This document shows positions 33,953 to 42,551 of a stretch of 64,000 bases of DNA, piece after piece. Where the stretch lies: the NCBI GenBank assembly GCA_046706365.1, contig JBJKPN010000185.1:1113-65112 (forward strand), read 5' to 3'. The notes under the pieces are model-generated. The model saw only the letters and a list, made by a program, of their open reading frames with translations, ran no database searches and was not told the origin of the DNA. The translations under genes and the position numbers were made by a program. The stretch comes from Candidatus Kryptoniota bacterium. GTDB lineage: Bacteria > Bacteroidota > Ignavibacteria > Kryptoniales > JAKASW01. The first letter of the stretch is position 1, and every line of letters starts with the position of its first letter.

Positions 33953-34789
33953 TCAGGCGAACTTTTCCTGAAGTGACTTCGAGTAAATCAGAGGGTTCTG
34001 AGTGTCATCGTTCAGCAGGTCGCCGATTTTCAGCTTCGCCACTTGCTCGTCCGTCAGAATATTCTTGATACCGTTGAATGTCGCACCGTCGGGCATATAG
34101 GCACAGGTCATCGCGCGACGAGATCCGGGGGTCATGTTGGCTCCTGCACCGTGAATGGTCAGACCGTTGTGGAACGAACAGCTCCCCGCCTTCATTGGAA
34201 CGGCCTTCGGTTCACATGTTGCGAGCCCGGGATACAGGTCGAAAATTGCATCCATGTTCTTTCCGATTCCGGGATTTTCAAACCCCGTCTTATGACAGGA
34301 GCCTGGCATGAAATACAAGCATCCGTTCTGATATGTCGCGTCGTCGAGTGCCACCCAGATCGAGATAGCACGCCGGTCGCTGAAGGACCAGAATGGCGTA
34401 TCGAGATGCCATGCCGTCGGGTTCGCCCATGGCCGTTTGATCAGTGCCTGGTCGTGCCAGATCCTGATCCCTTCACAGCCTGACAATTCTGCCGCCAGCT
34501 TGCCGAGCCTCTCGTCCAGCATCAATCCCCTCATCTTCTCGTTTGTCTGCCAGAGGTTTATCAACTGGTCGAACACTTTTCCGTAATATTCAGCATCTTT
34601 GTTTATGCCGTCGTCTTCCCCCGTTTTTATTTCCTCTCCAGGAAACTTCCGCCCGCCTCTCTCAGCAGTAGCTTCTCCCACTGCTTCTCTCCAGTACGCA
34701 AGCTCCTCCGTATCCAGCAGGTTCTCTATCAGAACGAAACCGTTTTCCCTGTAGCTCCGGATTTGCGATTCCGTCAACTCCGTTTTCAT
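33953..34789 (-). CDS. phytanoyl-CoA dioxygenase (PhyH) family Fe(II)/2-oxoglutarate oxygenase
   Basis: The start is taken at Met27 (MKTELTESQIRSYRENGFVLIENLL, AGGAAGG upstream). His-x-Asp in WHLDTPFW and a distal His in TIHGAGAN. Confidence 0.75.
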   Translation of the reverse strand: MKTELTESQIRSYRENGFVLIENLLDTEELAYWREAVGEATAERGGRKFPGEEIKTGEDDGINKDAEYYGKVFDQLINLWQTNEKMRGLMLDERLGKLAAELSGCEGIRIWHDQALIKRPWANPTAWHLDTPFWSFSDRRAISIWVALDDATYQNGCLYFMPGSCHKTGFENPGIGKNMDAIFDLYPGLATCEPKAVPMKAGSCSFHNGLTIHGAGANMTPGSRRAMTCAYMPDGATFNGIKNILTDEQVAKLKIGDLLNDDTQNPLIYSKSLQEKFA

Positions 34790-34962
34790 AAGCGCTGCCT
34801 TCCTTTCTCTGCTTTGAAGCTTAAACCTCACACTTGATGGGCTCCGCGGCCGAGAAAACTGACTCAATCTTCGTTTGTCTCGCCCGTTTCAAGAGACGCC
34901 TCGTACTTCATAACCACGCGGCAGACCCGTGTGTTCCCGACATCAGAATCGGATCGAGATTG

Positions 34963-35109
34963 AAAATCAGGGCGTTGGCCGAGACAGGGAGTTCACTCAC
35001 TCGAAAGGGAGACAAATCGATGAAGTGGGAGGAATGACGGTTCCATTCTGTTGCGAACGCAGGTCGACCATTAGGCTCGACACGTAAAACGGCGGCTTGC
35101 CCTGATTTT
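34963..35109. repeat. 147-nt element closed by a perfect 11-bp inverted repeat
   Basis: AAAATCAGGGC (34963-34973) and GCCCTGATTTT (35099-35109) are exact reverse complements. Inner hairpins are GAATG/CATTC (35032-35048) and GTCGA/TCGAC (35063-35081). The right arm abuts or overlaps the vWA stop codon. Confidence 0.6.
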
Positions 35110-36215
35110 TAGGGAAGCGTGCTGTTGAATTTCTTCCTGCGGTTGCGGATGTAGTCGACGAAGATGTACTCGCCCAATTTGTTAAGCGAGGAGTAATATG
35201 CCCGGCCCTTGTTCGCCCGTGTGAGTTCCTCCACGAAATTGATAAGGTAAGGGTCTTTAGCAACCATGAAAGTGCTTATTACCACTTTTTCTCTGCGGCA
35301 GGCAACTGCTTCGTCAAGAGTCTTATTGACTATTCTGGGGTCCAGCCCGAACGAATTCCTGTACAGTTTTCCTGATTCTTCGAAGATTGCGGAAGGCTTG
35401 CCGTCTGTAACCAGGAAGATCTGTCGGTTGACATTCCCCTTCCTCCTCAGAATGCTTCTCGCCAACCTGAGTGCTGCAAGAGTATTTGTGTGGTACGGGC
35501 CGACAGTCACGAAAGGAAGCTCCGCCAGGGTGATTTCCTTTGCGTCATCCCCGAACACGACAATATTCAGGTGATCTTTGGGAAACTTCGTCCTTATCAA
35601 CTCTGCAAGCGCAAGCGAGACTTGTTTAGCCGGAGTGATCCTATCCTCTCCGTAAAGAATCATCGAATGACTTATATCGAGAAGTACGACCGTCGCACAA
35701 TTTGTCATGTGCTCCGTCTCGTAGATTTCAATATCGTCCTCCCTGAGCCTGAAGTTCTCTATGCTGTCGTGCTTCAGGGCGTTCGTTAAAGTCGAAGTGA
35801 GATCGATATTTGTCGGGAGATCACCGAACGTATACTTCTTCGTCTCGCTCAGCCTGTCGATTCCCTGCCCGGTGTGCGGGGATTCATGTGAACCTTCGGG
35901 GCTCTTCTTCAGGTTGGAAAACACTTCTCTCAGTGCGTCCTCACGAATGCGCTGGACTCCCTTGGAGGTAAGTATAACGACATCCTTCGCATCCTCGACA
36001 TATCCCAGCTCTTTCAACTTATCGATAAAATCGTCGAGGCTCATATCCTCATCGAACAGCTCATATTCCTGCCCAAGCTGGCGCATCCAGTCGAGAGCCT
36101 CTTCCGTATCTCCGCTCGTCTGAAGGAGAAGGTAACTGAACAGCGATATCATGTTCTGGAGCCGCTGTTCGTCGGTCATCGAATTTTCAGTCCATCTCGA
36201 ATATCTGAATCTCAT
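35109..36215 (-). CDS. von Willebrand factor type A (vWA) domain protein
   Basis: 368 aa. The C-terminal vWA domain has the MIDAS motif VVLLDISHSM and later TDG. The N-terminal acidic helical region is not recognised. Confidence 0.75.
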   Translation of the reverse strand: MRFRYSRWTENSMTDEQRLQNMISLFSYLLLQTSGDTEEALDWMRQLGQEYELFDEDMSLDDFIDKLKELGYVEDAKDVVILTSKGVQRIREDALREVFSNLKKSPEGSHESPHTGQGIDRLSETKKYTFGDLPTNIDLTSTLTNALKHDSIENFRLREDDIEIYETEHMTNCATVVLLDISHSMILYGEDRITPAKQVSLALAELIRTKFPKDHLNIVVFGDDAKEITLAELPFVTVGPYHTNTLAALRLARSILRRKGNVNRQIFLVTDGKPSAIFEESGKLYRNSFGLDPRIVNKTLDEAVACRREKVVISTFMVAKDPYLINFVEELTRANKGRAYYSSLNKLGEYIFVDYIRNRRKKFNSTLP

Positions 36216-36239
36216 GACTTATCTCCCCATTTTCTCACT

Positions 36240-36887
36240 CTACTTTTCCGCAATTATCATATGAACAAACTGGTTGCCTTCCCTTTCAGCCCGCAGTGTA
36301 CTATCCGGCCCGTGCCCCGGATATATTCTGACATCTGACGGTAAAGACATTATTCTTTCTGAGATGCTCCTTGATATTTCTTCAGCAGACCCGGTGGGAA
36401 GGTCCGTCCGTCCAATCGACCTGTTGAATAGTGTGTCGCCCGTGAAGAGAATCTTTTCTTCCTTTGAGTAGAGACAAACCGATCCCGTAGAATGTCCGGG
36501 TGTATGCATAACCTTGAACTCATATTTTCCGACGGAAATCACTGACCCCTCCTCAATGAAGCGCTCAATTGCGACCGGTTCAACCTTCTCGGGAGGAGTA
36601 ATGACCATCCCGTTAGGGTCCTTCATCATCCACTCATCACCCGCATGCGCACACACTTTTGCGCCGGTTAGAGCGGCCATCTTCTTTATTTCACCCACGT
36701 GATCCCAATGTCCGTGGGTGGCCACGATATACTTAATACCGATTCCGAGCTCTCGTATCCTGCGGTAAATCTTTTCGGAAGACCACATCGGCACATCGAT
36801 CACAACACCTTCTTTCGAATCAGCGTCATAGACGAGATATCCGATAGTCCAGATCGGCCCGTCTTCGAACTTCTCGACCGAAAGCAT
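36240..36887 (-). CDS. MBL-fold metallo-hydrolase (glyoxalase II-like)
   Basis: 215 aa with the HxHxDH motif (ATHGHWDHVG), later HTPGHS and GDTLF, and a distal His (PGHG). Confidence 0.8.
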   Translation of the reverse strand: MLSVEKFEDGPIWTIGYLVYDADSKEGVVIDVPMWSSEKIYRRIRELGIGIKYIVATHGHWDHVGEIKKMAALTGAKVCAHAGDEWMMKDPNGMVITPPEKVEPVAIERFIEEGSVISVGKYEFKVMHTPGHSTGSVCLYSKEEKILFTGDTLFNRSIGRTDLPTGSAEEISRSISERIMSLPSDVRIYPGHGPDSTLRAEREGNQFVHMIIAEK

Positions 36888-38395
36888 CAGTCTTCCTCGT
36901 ATCTTCCTTTGGGCGGGAAGATGCTTCCGACAAGGTCTTTATAGGCAACGGTATTATCCGTGTCGTCCTTGGCAATTCGCGAAAACTGGTGCAGACCGTC
37001 GAGGACAAATTCCATGCTGGTGGCCAGCTCGTACTTCTTTGAATCGTCCACTTTCATGTGGCGCTTAACTACGTCCTTCAGGTTTGTGACCTTATTCAGC
37101 TCCGAGTAATAATCGTCGAAAGGCATATCGTCGGCGACTTCAATTTTGTTTCCCGCTTCGAACCAGGAGATTATCGGTGTGTATTCGTCATCGCGCTTCT
37201 TCGGCTCTTCTCCCTGAACGGTGCGAATTCTTTTCTGAAGAGGATCGGGAAAATACTTCTTGAATATCTCCCTGACCGCTTTGCCGATCAGGGCCCTGCT
37301 TACTTTGACGGATCCTTCCTGCTCCCCTTCGAAAACGAGCTCGAGTTTTCCGGTCATACCGGGGAGCACCTGTTGAAGGTCGCAAATGCGGGGAACGATC
37401 ACCTTTTCGTTGTTTGTGATCGCACGTCGTTCCGCACTGCTGATAAGGTTCTCCATTACAGAGATAGTCATTCGCACGCTCACACCGCTTTTCTGGTCGA
37501 CGAATTCGCTGCCGCGCGCCTGGAACGCTATTCCTTCGATAATCTCCCTCAGGTATGCCGGCATGACGACGTCTCTCCCGCCGTCCCTGGTGAGCCACGC
37601 CTCCTGTTCGGTAATTCTCATCGCTTCTTCCAATGTCCGGGGATAATGGGTGAGAATCTGCGAATCTATTCTGTCTTTGAGCGGCGTGATTATGTTGCCT
37701 CGGTTCGTGTAATCTTCCGGGTTGGCCGTAAATACCATCAATATGTCGAGCGGGATCCTTACGTTGAAACCGCGAATTTGAATATCCTTTTCTTCCATGA
37801 TGTTGAAAAGCCCGACCTGAATTCTCGGTTGAAGGTCGGGGAGTTCATTGATCGTGAATATGCCACGATTGGTCCGCGGAATTATTCCGAAGTGGATCGC
37901 TCCCTCATGCGAGTAGTGCAGCTTCTGAACGGCCGCTTTTATAGGATCGATGTCTCCGATCAAATCTGCGATTGTAACGTCTGGCGTCGCAAGCTTCTCG
38001 CCGTACCGCTGATCGCGCGTCAGCCATTCTATCTCGACGTCGTCTCCCCGTTCTTGAATGAGATCGACACATCGTTTGCAAACCGGTTTGTAAGGGCTGT
38101 CGTTGATCTCGCATCCCTTTATTACCGGGATCCGTTCATCGAGCAGGCTGTTTAGGCTTCGGGCGATTCTCGTCTTCGCCTGCCCTCTAAGCCCCAGCAA
38201 GATCATGTCGTGCTTTGCAAGCAATGCATTGACTATCGAAGGGATGACTGTCTTCTCATATCCGATTATTCCGTTAAACAGTGTTTCCCCCTTGTCGAGC
38301 TTAGCGATCAGGTTCTTCCTAATCTCGTCCTTCACGGGAAGAACTTTGTATCCGCTACTCTTCAGTTCTGCAATCGTGCGCGGCAGCTGCTTCAT
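36887..38395 (-). CDS. AAA+ ATPase of the Mg-chelatase ChlI/BchI-like clade
   Basis: 502 aa with Walker A LLGLRGQAKTR. GIFTINELPDL sits at the Walker B position. The downstream sensor region and a long C-terminal extension fit the clade. Paired with a vWA protein, as ChlI/ChlD-type systems are. Confidence 0.7.
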   Translation of the reverse strand: MKQLPRTIAELKSSGYKVLPVKDEIRKNLIAKLDKGETLFNGIIGYEKTVIPSIVNALLAKHDMILLGLRGQAKTRIARSLNSLLDERIPVIKGCEINDSPYKPVCKRCVDLIQERGDDVEIEWLTRDQRYGEKLATPDVTIADLIGDIDPIKAAVQKLHYSHEGAIHFGIIPRTNRGIFTINELPDLQPRIQVGLFNIMEEKDIQIRGFNVRIPLDILMVFTANPEDYTNRGNIITPLKDRIDSQILTHYPRTLEEAMRITEQEAWLTRDGGRDVVMPAYLREIIEGIAFQARGSEFVDQKSGVSVRMTISVMENLISSAERRAITNNEKVIVPRICDLQQVLPGMTGKLELVFEGEQEGSVKVSRALIGKAVREIFKKYFPDPLQKRIRTVQGEEPKKRDDEYTPIISWFEAGNKIEVADDMPFDDYYSELNKVTNLKDVVKRHMKVDDSKKYELATSMEFVLDGLHQFSRIAKDDTDNTVAYKDLVGSIFPPKGRYEED

Positions 38396-38626
38396 ACTTT
38401 CCTCTTACTTCTGCTGTGAATTTATTTTTACGTTTTCCTAAATGCAACCTGTCCTTACCATGACTCATGCATCCTCTCACTCACAAACATAACGACAACT
38501 TTCTCTCGACGGTTATTCTCTCAATACAAGAAATGTTCAATGTAAAATACCTCAGAATCAAGACAAGTACCGACGATTAACACTAAGGCGAACATGCGCC
38601 GGATCGGGTCGGGAACCGATTCGCGA

Positions 38627-38655
38627 TTGACACATCTTCTCTAAATTCATATTTT
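38627..38655 (+). promoter_or_regulatory. candidate sigma70-type promoter of the GT9 gene
   Basis: TTGACA (38627-38632), a 17-nt spacer, then TATTTT (38650-38655). The -10 ends 6 nt before the ATG at 38662 and no SD is visible. Confidence 0.4.
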
Positions 38656-38661
38656 CTAACA

Positions 38662-39669
38662 ATGTCAAGCTCAAAAAAGCTCCTCATACGTTTAAGCTCC
38701 GCCGGCGATGTGCTTCTCACTTCGCCGCTTTTGAGATTGATAAAAGAGACAGAGCCCGATTCCGAAATACATTTTGTCGTAAAGTCATCGTACGCTGACA
38801 TTGTTCGATTTAATCCTAACGTCAGCCGTATCCATTTAGTTCAGGAACATGCGGACGTACAACAGCTCGAAAACCTGAGGCGGAGTCTCATTTCCGAGCA
38901 TTTTGAAACTACGCTCGACCTGCACAACAACTTCCGGAGCGTTTACCTGAGAAAGAATACCGCGAAGGAAGTGCGGGTCATCAGAAAGGATATCCTCAAG
39001 CGAGCAGTCCTGATCAAGACAAAAGCGAGCCTTTATTCGGATATAAGGCCGGTCGCTTTGAAGTATGCGCAGACCTACGATAAAACGCTTTCGACTGTTC
39101 CTCCGCCGGAAATATTTATACCGGAGGAAGCCGAGGACAGGGCCGCCGCTCTCTGGAACTCTGCCGGACTGGAAAGTCAGCAGGCGGTTTTCCTTTGCCC
39201 CGGTGCAAAGCACTTCACGAAACGCTGGCCCGTCGAGTACTGGTCGCTTCTGGCCCGGAAGCTGTCGCGGGAACACCGGATCGTTTTGGTTGGCGGCACC
39301 GGCGACACAGGAGCGTGCGCGCAAATTGCGAAATACTCGGGGGCCCTGGACTACAGCGGTAAGCTATCTCTCGTCGAAAGCGTGGCCATGATGAGGAATG
39401 CTTCAATCGTCGTCACGAACGACTCGTTTCTAATGCACGCAGCAAATGCCGTCGGAAAGAAGATCGTGGCTATCTTCGGGTCCAGCGTCCGGGAATTCGG
39501 CTTCTTCCCCTACGGAGTCAGGAACACTATCCTCGAGATGGAAGGGATGAAGTGCCGTCCATGCTCCCATGTCGGTCGGGAGTCTTGCCCGAAGGGACAT
39601 TTCAATTGCATGCTCGAGATAAAACCCGATACTGTGCTTGGAGCCGCCAAGTCTCTGCTGGAAAACTGA
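38662..39669 (+). CDS. glycosyltransferase family 9 (LPS heptosyltransferase-like)
   Basis: 335 aa. The N-terminus KKLLIRLSSAGDVLLTSPLLRLIKE and the C-terminal region ...LVGG..D........L.GK.SL.E..A....A...V.NDS..MH.A.A.G are typical of GT9. Confidence 0.8.
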   Translation: MSSSKKLLIRLSSAGDVLLTSPLLRLIKETEPDSEIHFVVKSSYADIVRFNPNVSRIHLVQEHADVQQLENLRRSLISEHFETTLDLHNNFRSVYLRKNTAKEVRVIRKDILKRAVLIKTKASLYSDIRPVALKYAQTYDKTLSTVPPPEIFIPEEAEDRAAALWNSAGLESQQAVFLCPGAKHFTKRWPVEYWSLLARKLSREHRIVLVGGTGDTGACAQIAKYSGALDYSGKLSLVESVAMMRNASIVVTNDSFLMHAANAVGKKIVAIFGSSVREFGFFPYGVRNTILEMEGMKCRPCSHVGRESCPKGHFNCMLEIKPDTVLGAAKSLLEN

Positions 39670-39803
39670 CATTCGCGGGGTTTCAAACAGCGCAGCCGTC
39701 TAACACCGCCTTCACTCTTCAATTCCCGCCCGCTCGGGACGACGCGGTCCTGGTCAATGAGTCGTGATATTACTGCAGCAGACCCGGGCCAAACCAGTCA
39801 ACG

Positions 39804-40700
39804 CTATGACAACTGTATTCCGGCCAGTACTTTGAGGGCCTGGAGGTACTTCTCACTGGTTCCCCTGATGATTTCGTCAGGCAGGACAGGAGCCGGCGGC
39901 TTCTTCTCCCATTTAATCGAAAGGAGATAATCCCTTACAAACTGTTTGTCAAAGCTCGGCTGAGACTTTCCAGGTTCATATCTCGCCTTATCCCAGAATC
40001 TCGAAGAGTCGGGAGTCAACACTTCGTCGATCAAAGTAATGTCACCGCTTTCGTCCAGACCGAACTCCAGCTTTGTGTCGGCGATGATGATTCCTCTGTT
40101 TTCGGCGTAAGCGGCAGCGGCCTTGTAAACTGCGATAGTGTAATCGCGAACTTTTTCTGCGGTCTCTTTTCCTATCAGTTTTACGACCTCGTCGAAGCTT
40201 ATGTTCTCGTCGTGCACTCCGATTTCCGCTTTCGTTGAGGGAGTAAATATCGGCTCGGGGAGTTTGTCAGACTCACGGAGACCCTTCGGAAGGGAGATTC
40301 CGCAAACTGCTCCTGTCTTCTGGTAGTCCTTCCAGCCGGTACCGCTTATGTAACCGCGGACGATGCATTCAACGGGAAGCGGCTTTGTCTTTTTTCCGAT
40401 AACACTCCGGCCGTTCAGGTCCTCCTGATACGGTTTGCACTCTGCCGGATAATCTTTGATGTCGGTTGCGACGACATGGTTCTTGACGATGTTCTTGGAG
40501 AAGTTAAACCAGAAGTTGGAAATCTGATTGAGAACCTTCCCCTTGTAAGGAATCCCGTTCGGAAGTATCACATCGAAGGCGCTGATGCGATCGGTCACTA
40601 CAAAAAGGAGCCTGTCGCCCAGGTCGTATATATCGCGGACCTTACCCCGCTGAAACAGCTTAAGGTCCGAAAAGTCGGTTTTCGTAATTACTTTTTCCAT
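39804..40700 (-). CDS. purC: phosphoribosylaminoimidazole-succinocarboxamide synthase
   Basis: The start is taken at Met46 ([10 protein letters not shown]...). [25 protein letters not shown] and later conserved blocks are the SAICAR synthetase signature. Confidence 0.9.
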   Translation of the reverse strand: MEKVITKTDFSDLKLFQRGKVRDIYDLGDRLLFVVTDRISAFDVILPNGIPYKGKVLNQISNFWFNFSKNIVKNHVVATDIKDYPAECKPYQEDLNGRSVIGKKTKPLPVECIVRGYISGTGWKDYQKTGAVCGISLPKGLRESDKLPEPIFTPSTKAEIGVHDENISFDEVVKLIGKETAEKVRDYTIAVYKAAAAYAENRGIIIADTKLEFGLDESGDITLIDEVLTPDSSRFWDKARYEPGKSQPSFDKQFVRDYLLSIKWEKKPPAPVLPDEIIRGTSEKYLQALKVLAGIQLS

Positions 40701-40968
40701 TTTCCTCTCTCTTTTGATTTGGAACTTGCTGAGATGAATTGGCAAATTCGGGAATCGCCCAATGACGTTTCCTGAAATAAAAATAAGGCCTTTATTTCTA
40801 TTTTCCGAATTGCTACCGGCGACGATTTGGTTCATCTATTCCGATCAGCTGCTTCGCTGCCTATTCATATCGCAATATGCAATAAGCGAGGAGTGACATG
40901 GCTTCTGGCAGGCAGGAGCAATGCTGGCCAGAGCAGGTAGAGAAGATCCGACGTGCAGGACGCAGCTA

Positions 40969-41490
40969 TCAGTCCGTGTCGTACTGAATCAGCGAGAAAA
41001 TCTCCTTCCCCGGAATTGCCTTCCTCCCGTTTAGCGGATTCAGTTCAACGAGAAAACAGATTCCCTCGACTTTACCCCCCAACCGCTCAATGAGTTTGCA
41101 TGCCGCCGCAACTGTTCCCCCGGTGGCGAGCAAATCATCGTGGACAAGGACTTTTTCTCCCGGCGTGATTGCATCCTTGTGAATTTCCATCGAGTCTGTT
41201 CCGTACTCCAGTTGATACTCCTGGCGGATAACTTCCGCGGGGAGTTTGCCCGGTTTGCGTATCGGGACGAAACCCGCCCCCAGCCGATATGCCAGTACGC
41301 TGCCGAATATGAAGCCGCGGGATTCTACGGACACGACTTTGTCTATCTTCATATCCTTATAGTGTTTGTAGAATTCGTCGACCACGTAAGCAAACGCTTC
41401 ATTGTCATTCAGAAGAGTCGTAATGTCTCTAAATAGAATTCCTTTTTTCGGAAAATCCGGTACGGATCTGATCTTGCTCCCTATGTCCAT
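40969..41490 (-). CDS. apt: adenine phosphoribosyltransferase
   Basis: The ATG at 41490 forms a TGATG overlap with the upstream stop. IRSVPDFPKKGILFRDITTLL and the PRPP loop VLVHDDLLATGGT are present. Confidence 0.85.
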   Translation of the reverse strand: MDIGSKIRSVPDFPKKGILFRDITTLLNDNEAFAYVVDEFYKHYKDMKIDKVVSVESRGFIFGSVLAYRLGAGFVPIRKPGKLPAEVIRQEYQLEYGTDSMEIHKDAITPGEKVLVHDDLLATGGTVAAACKLIERLGGKVEGICFLVELNPLNGRKAIPGKEIFSLIQYDTD

Positions 41491-42269
41491 CAATCCCACT
41501 CCATTTGTTTTTTGTTCAAAAATGAATTTACACCTTTTTGAAAGTCCTCCGTTGAACGTGCCACAACATTCAACATGGCACTGTATTTCATAGCTTCATC
41601 GAGACTCATGTCTCTGACCTCCGAGAGAATCTCCTTTGTAAGTGAAACCGCGCCTCTGCTCGTTCCGGTTACAAATTCACGGAAGAATTCATCGGTCCTG
41701 GTTTCAATAGCCGAATCTTCTATCACTTCCGAAATGAGCCCGATTCGTTGGGCCTCTTCCGCCCCGATAACTCTGCCAGTCAGAACAAGTCTTCGAACGT
41801 CGACTTCTCGAAGTTTCCTGAGAGCAAGATTGGCCACTACCGCAGGCACGAATCCGATTTTCACTTCCGTGAATCCGAACTTGGCTTTCTCCGATGCAAA
41901 GACTATGTCACAAGCAAGAACAAGTCCGAAAGCGCCGGCAAGCGCGGGCCCTCTCACAACTGCGCATACAAGCTTCGGACTCCTGTAAACTTCCAGGAGA
42001 AAATTCTTTAATGCGCAGGAATCCTCGAAATTCGCTGCCGATGTATTGCTCGACAACTTCATGAGGTACTCCAGGTCTGCGCCCGCCGAGAAGGCGCTTC
42101 CCTCCCCTTCAAATACGATCGCTCTCACAGCCTCGTCGGAGTTCGCCTGCTCAAAGTACCTGCGCAACTCCGCGACCGCTACGTCGTCTATCGCGTTCCT
42201 CTTCTCAGGCCTGCTCATCTTCAGATAAGCGACCTTCCCCCTGACTGCAAAGTTGACCCTTTCGCTCAT
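41490..42269 (-). CDS. enoyl-CoA hydratase/isomerase (crotonase) family protein
   Basis: 259 aa with the crotonase fold pattern (VAYLKMSRPEKRNAI...FSAGADL...GPALAGAFGLVLACD). Confidence 0.8.
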   Translation of the reverse strand: MSERVNFAVRGKVAYLKMSRPEKRNAIDDVAVAELRRYFEQANSDEAVRAIVFEGEGSAFSAGADLEYLMKLSSNTSAANFEDSCALKNFLLEVYRSPKLVCAVVRGPALAGAFGLVLACDIVFASEKAKFGFTEVKIGFVPAVVANLALRKLREVDVRRLVLTGRVIGAEEAQRIGLISEVIEDSAIETRTDEFFREFVTGTSRGAVSLTKEILSEVRDMSLDEAMKYSAMLNVVARSTEDFQKGVNSFLNKKQMEWD

Positions 42270-42486
42270 AGCTTGCTCCTTTCCAGATGAGAGTTCGGAA
42301 ATTCAGACCGGAGAAACGCGACCTCTCCGCGACAATGATTCCTGTTGAAGTTATACTGCAAATATGGTCAAACCGGTCGAAAGCATCAACTTCAGTACAC
42401 AGGCACCGACAACATGAGCTCTTTTCCCGGTAACCAGACGATCCGGGAGCAGGACGGCAAGTCTCGACTGTATATCAGCGTGTAAA

Positions 42487-42515
42487 TTGATAAAAGGCCG
42501 TGCCTTCCGTATATT
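42487..42515 (+). promoter_or_regulatory. candidate sigma70-type promoter of the lepA-lepB-lepB-hemW operon
   Basis: TTGATA (42487-42492), a 17-nt spacer, then TATATT (42510-42515). It lies 36 nt upstream of the lepA ATG. Confidence 0.45.
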
Positions 42516-42551
42516 ACCCCACATAAAAGATGAGATGAATTAACCACACAA

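Noticed and set aside
38601-38625. GGATCGGGTCGGGAACCGATTCGCG resembles the degenerate third tRNA-derived copy (GGATCAGGTCGGGGGATCTCCCGCG). It could mark a distal att site bounding a 5-kb island (PhyH to AAA+).
   Set aside because: Only about 12 contiguous positions match, with one mismatch. My rough estimate is that a match of that quality is expected by chance about 0.3 times in 64 kb on both strands. It is worth a formal alignment but is not evidence on its own.
40701-40968. 268-bp region upstream of purC examined for a purine/ZTP-type riboswitch or PurR box
   Set aside because: I found no match to the consensus cores I remember. There is only an AT-rich palindrome (GAAATAAA...TTTATTTC, 40784-40808) and short hairpins. 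This is insufficient to call anything.
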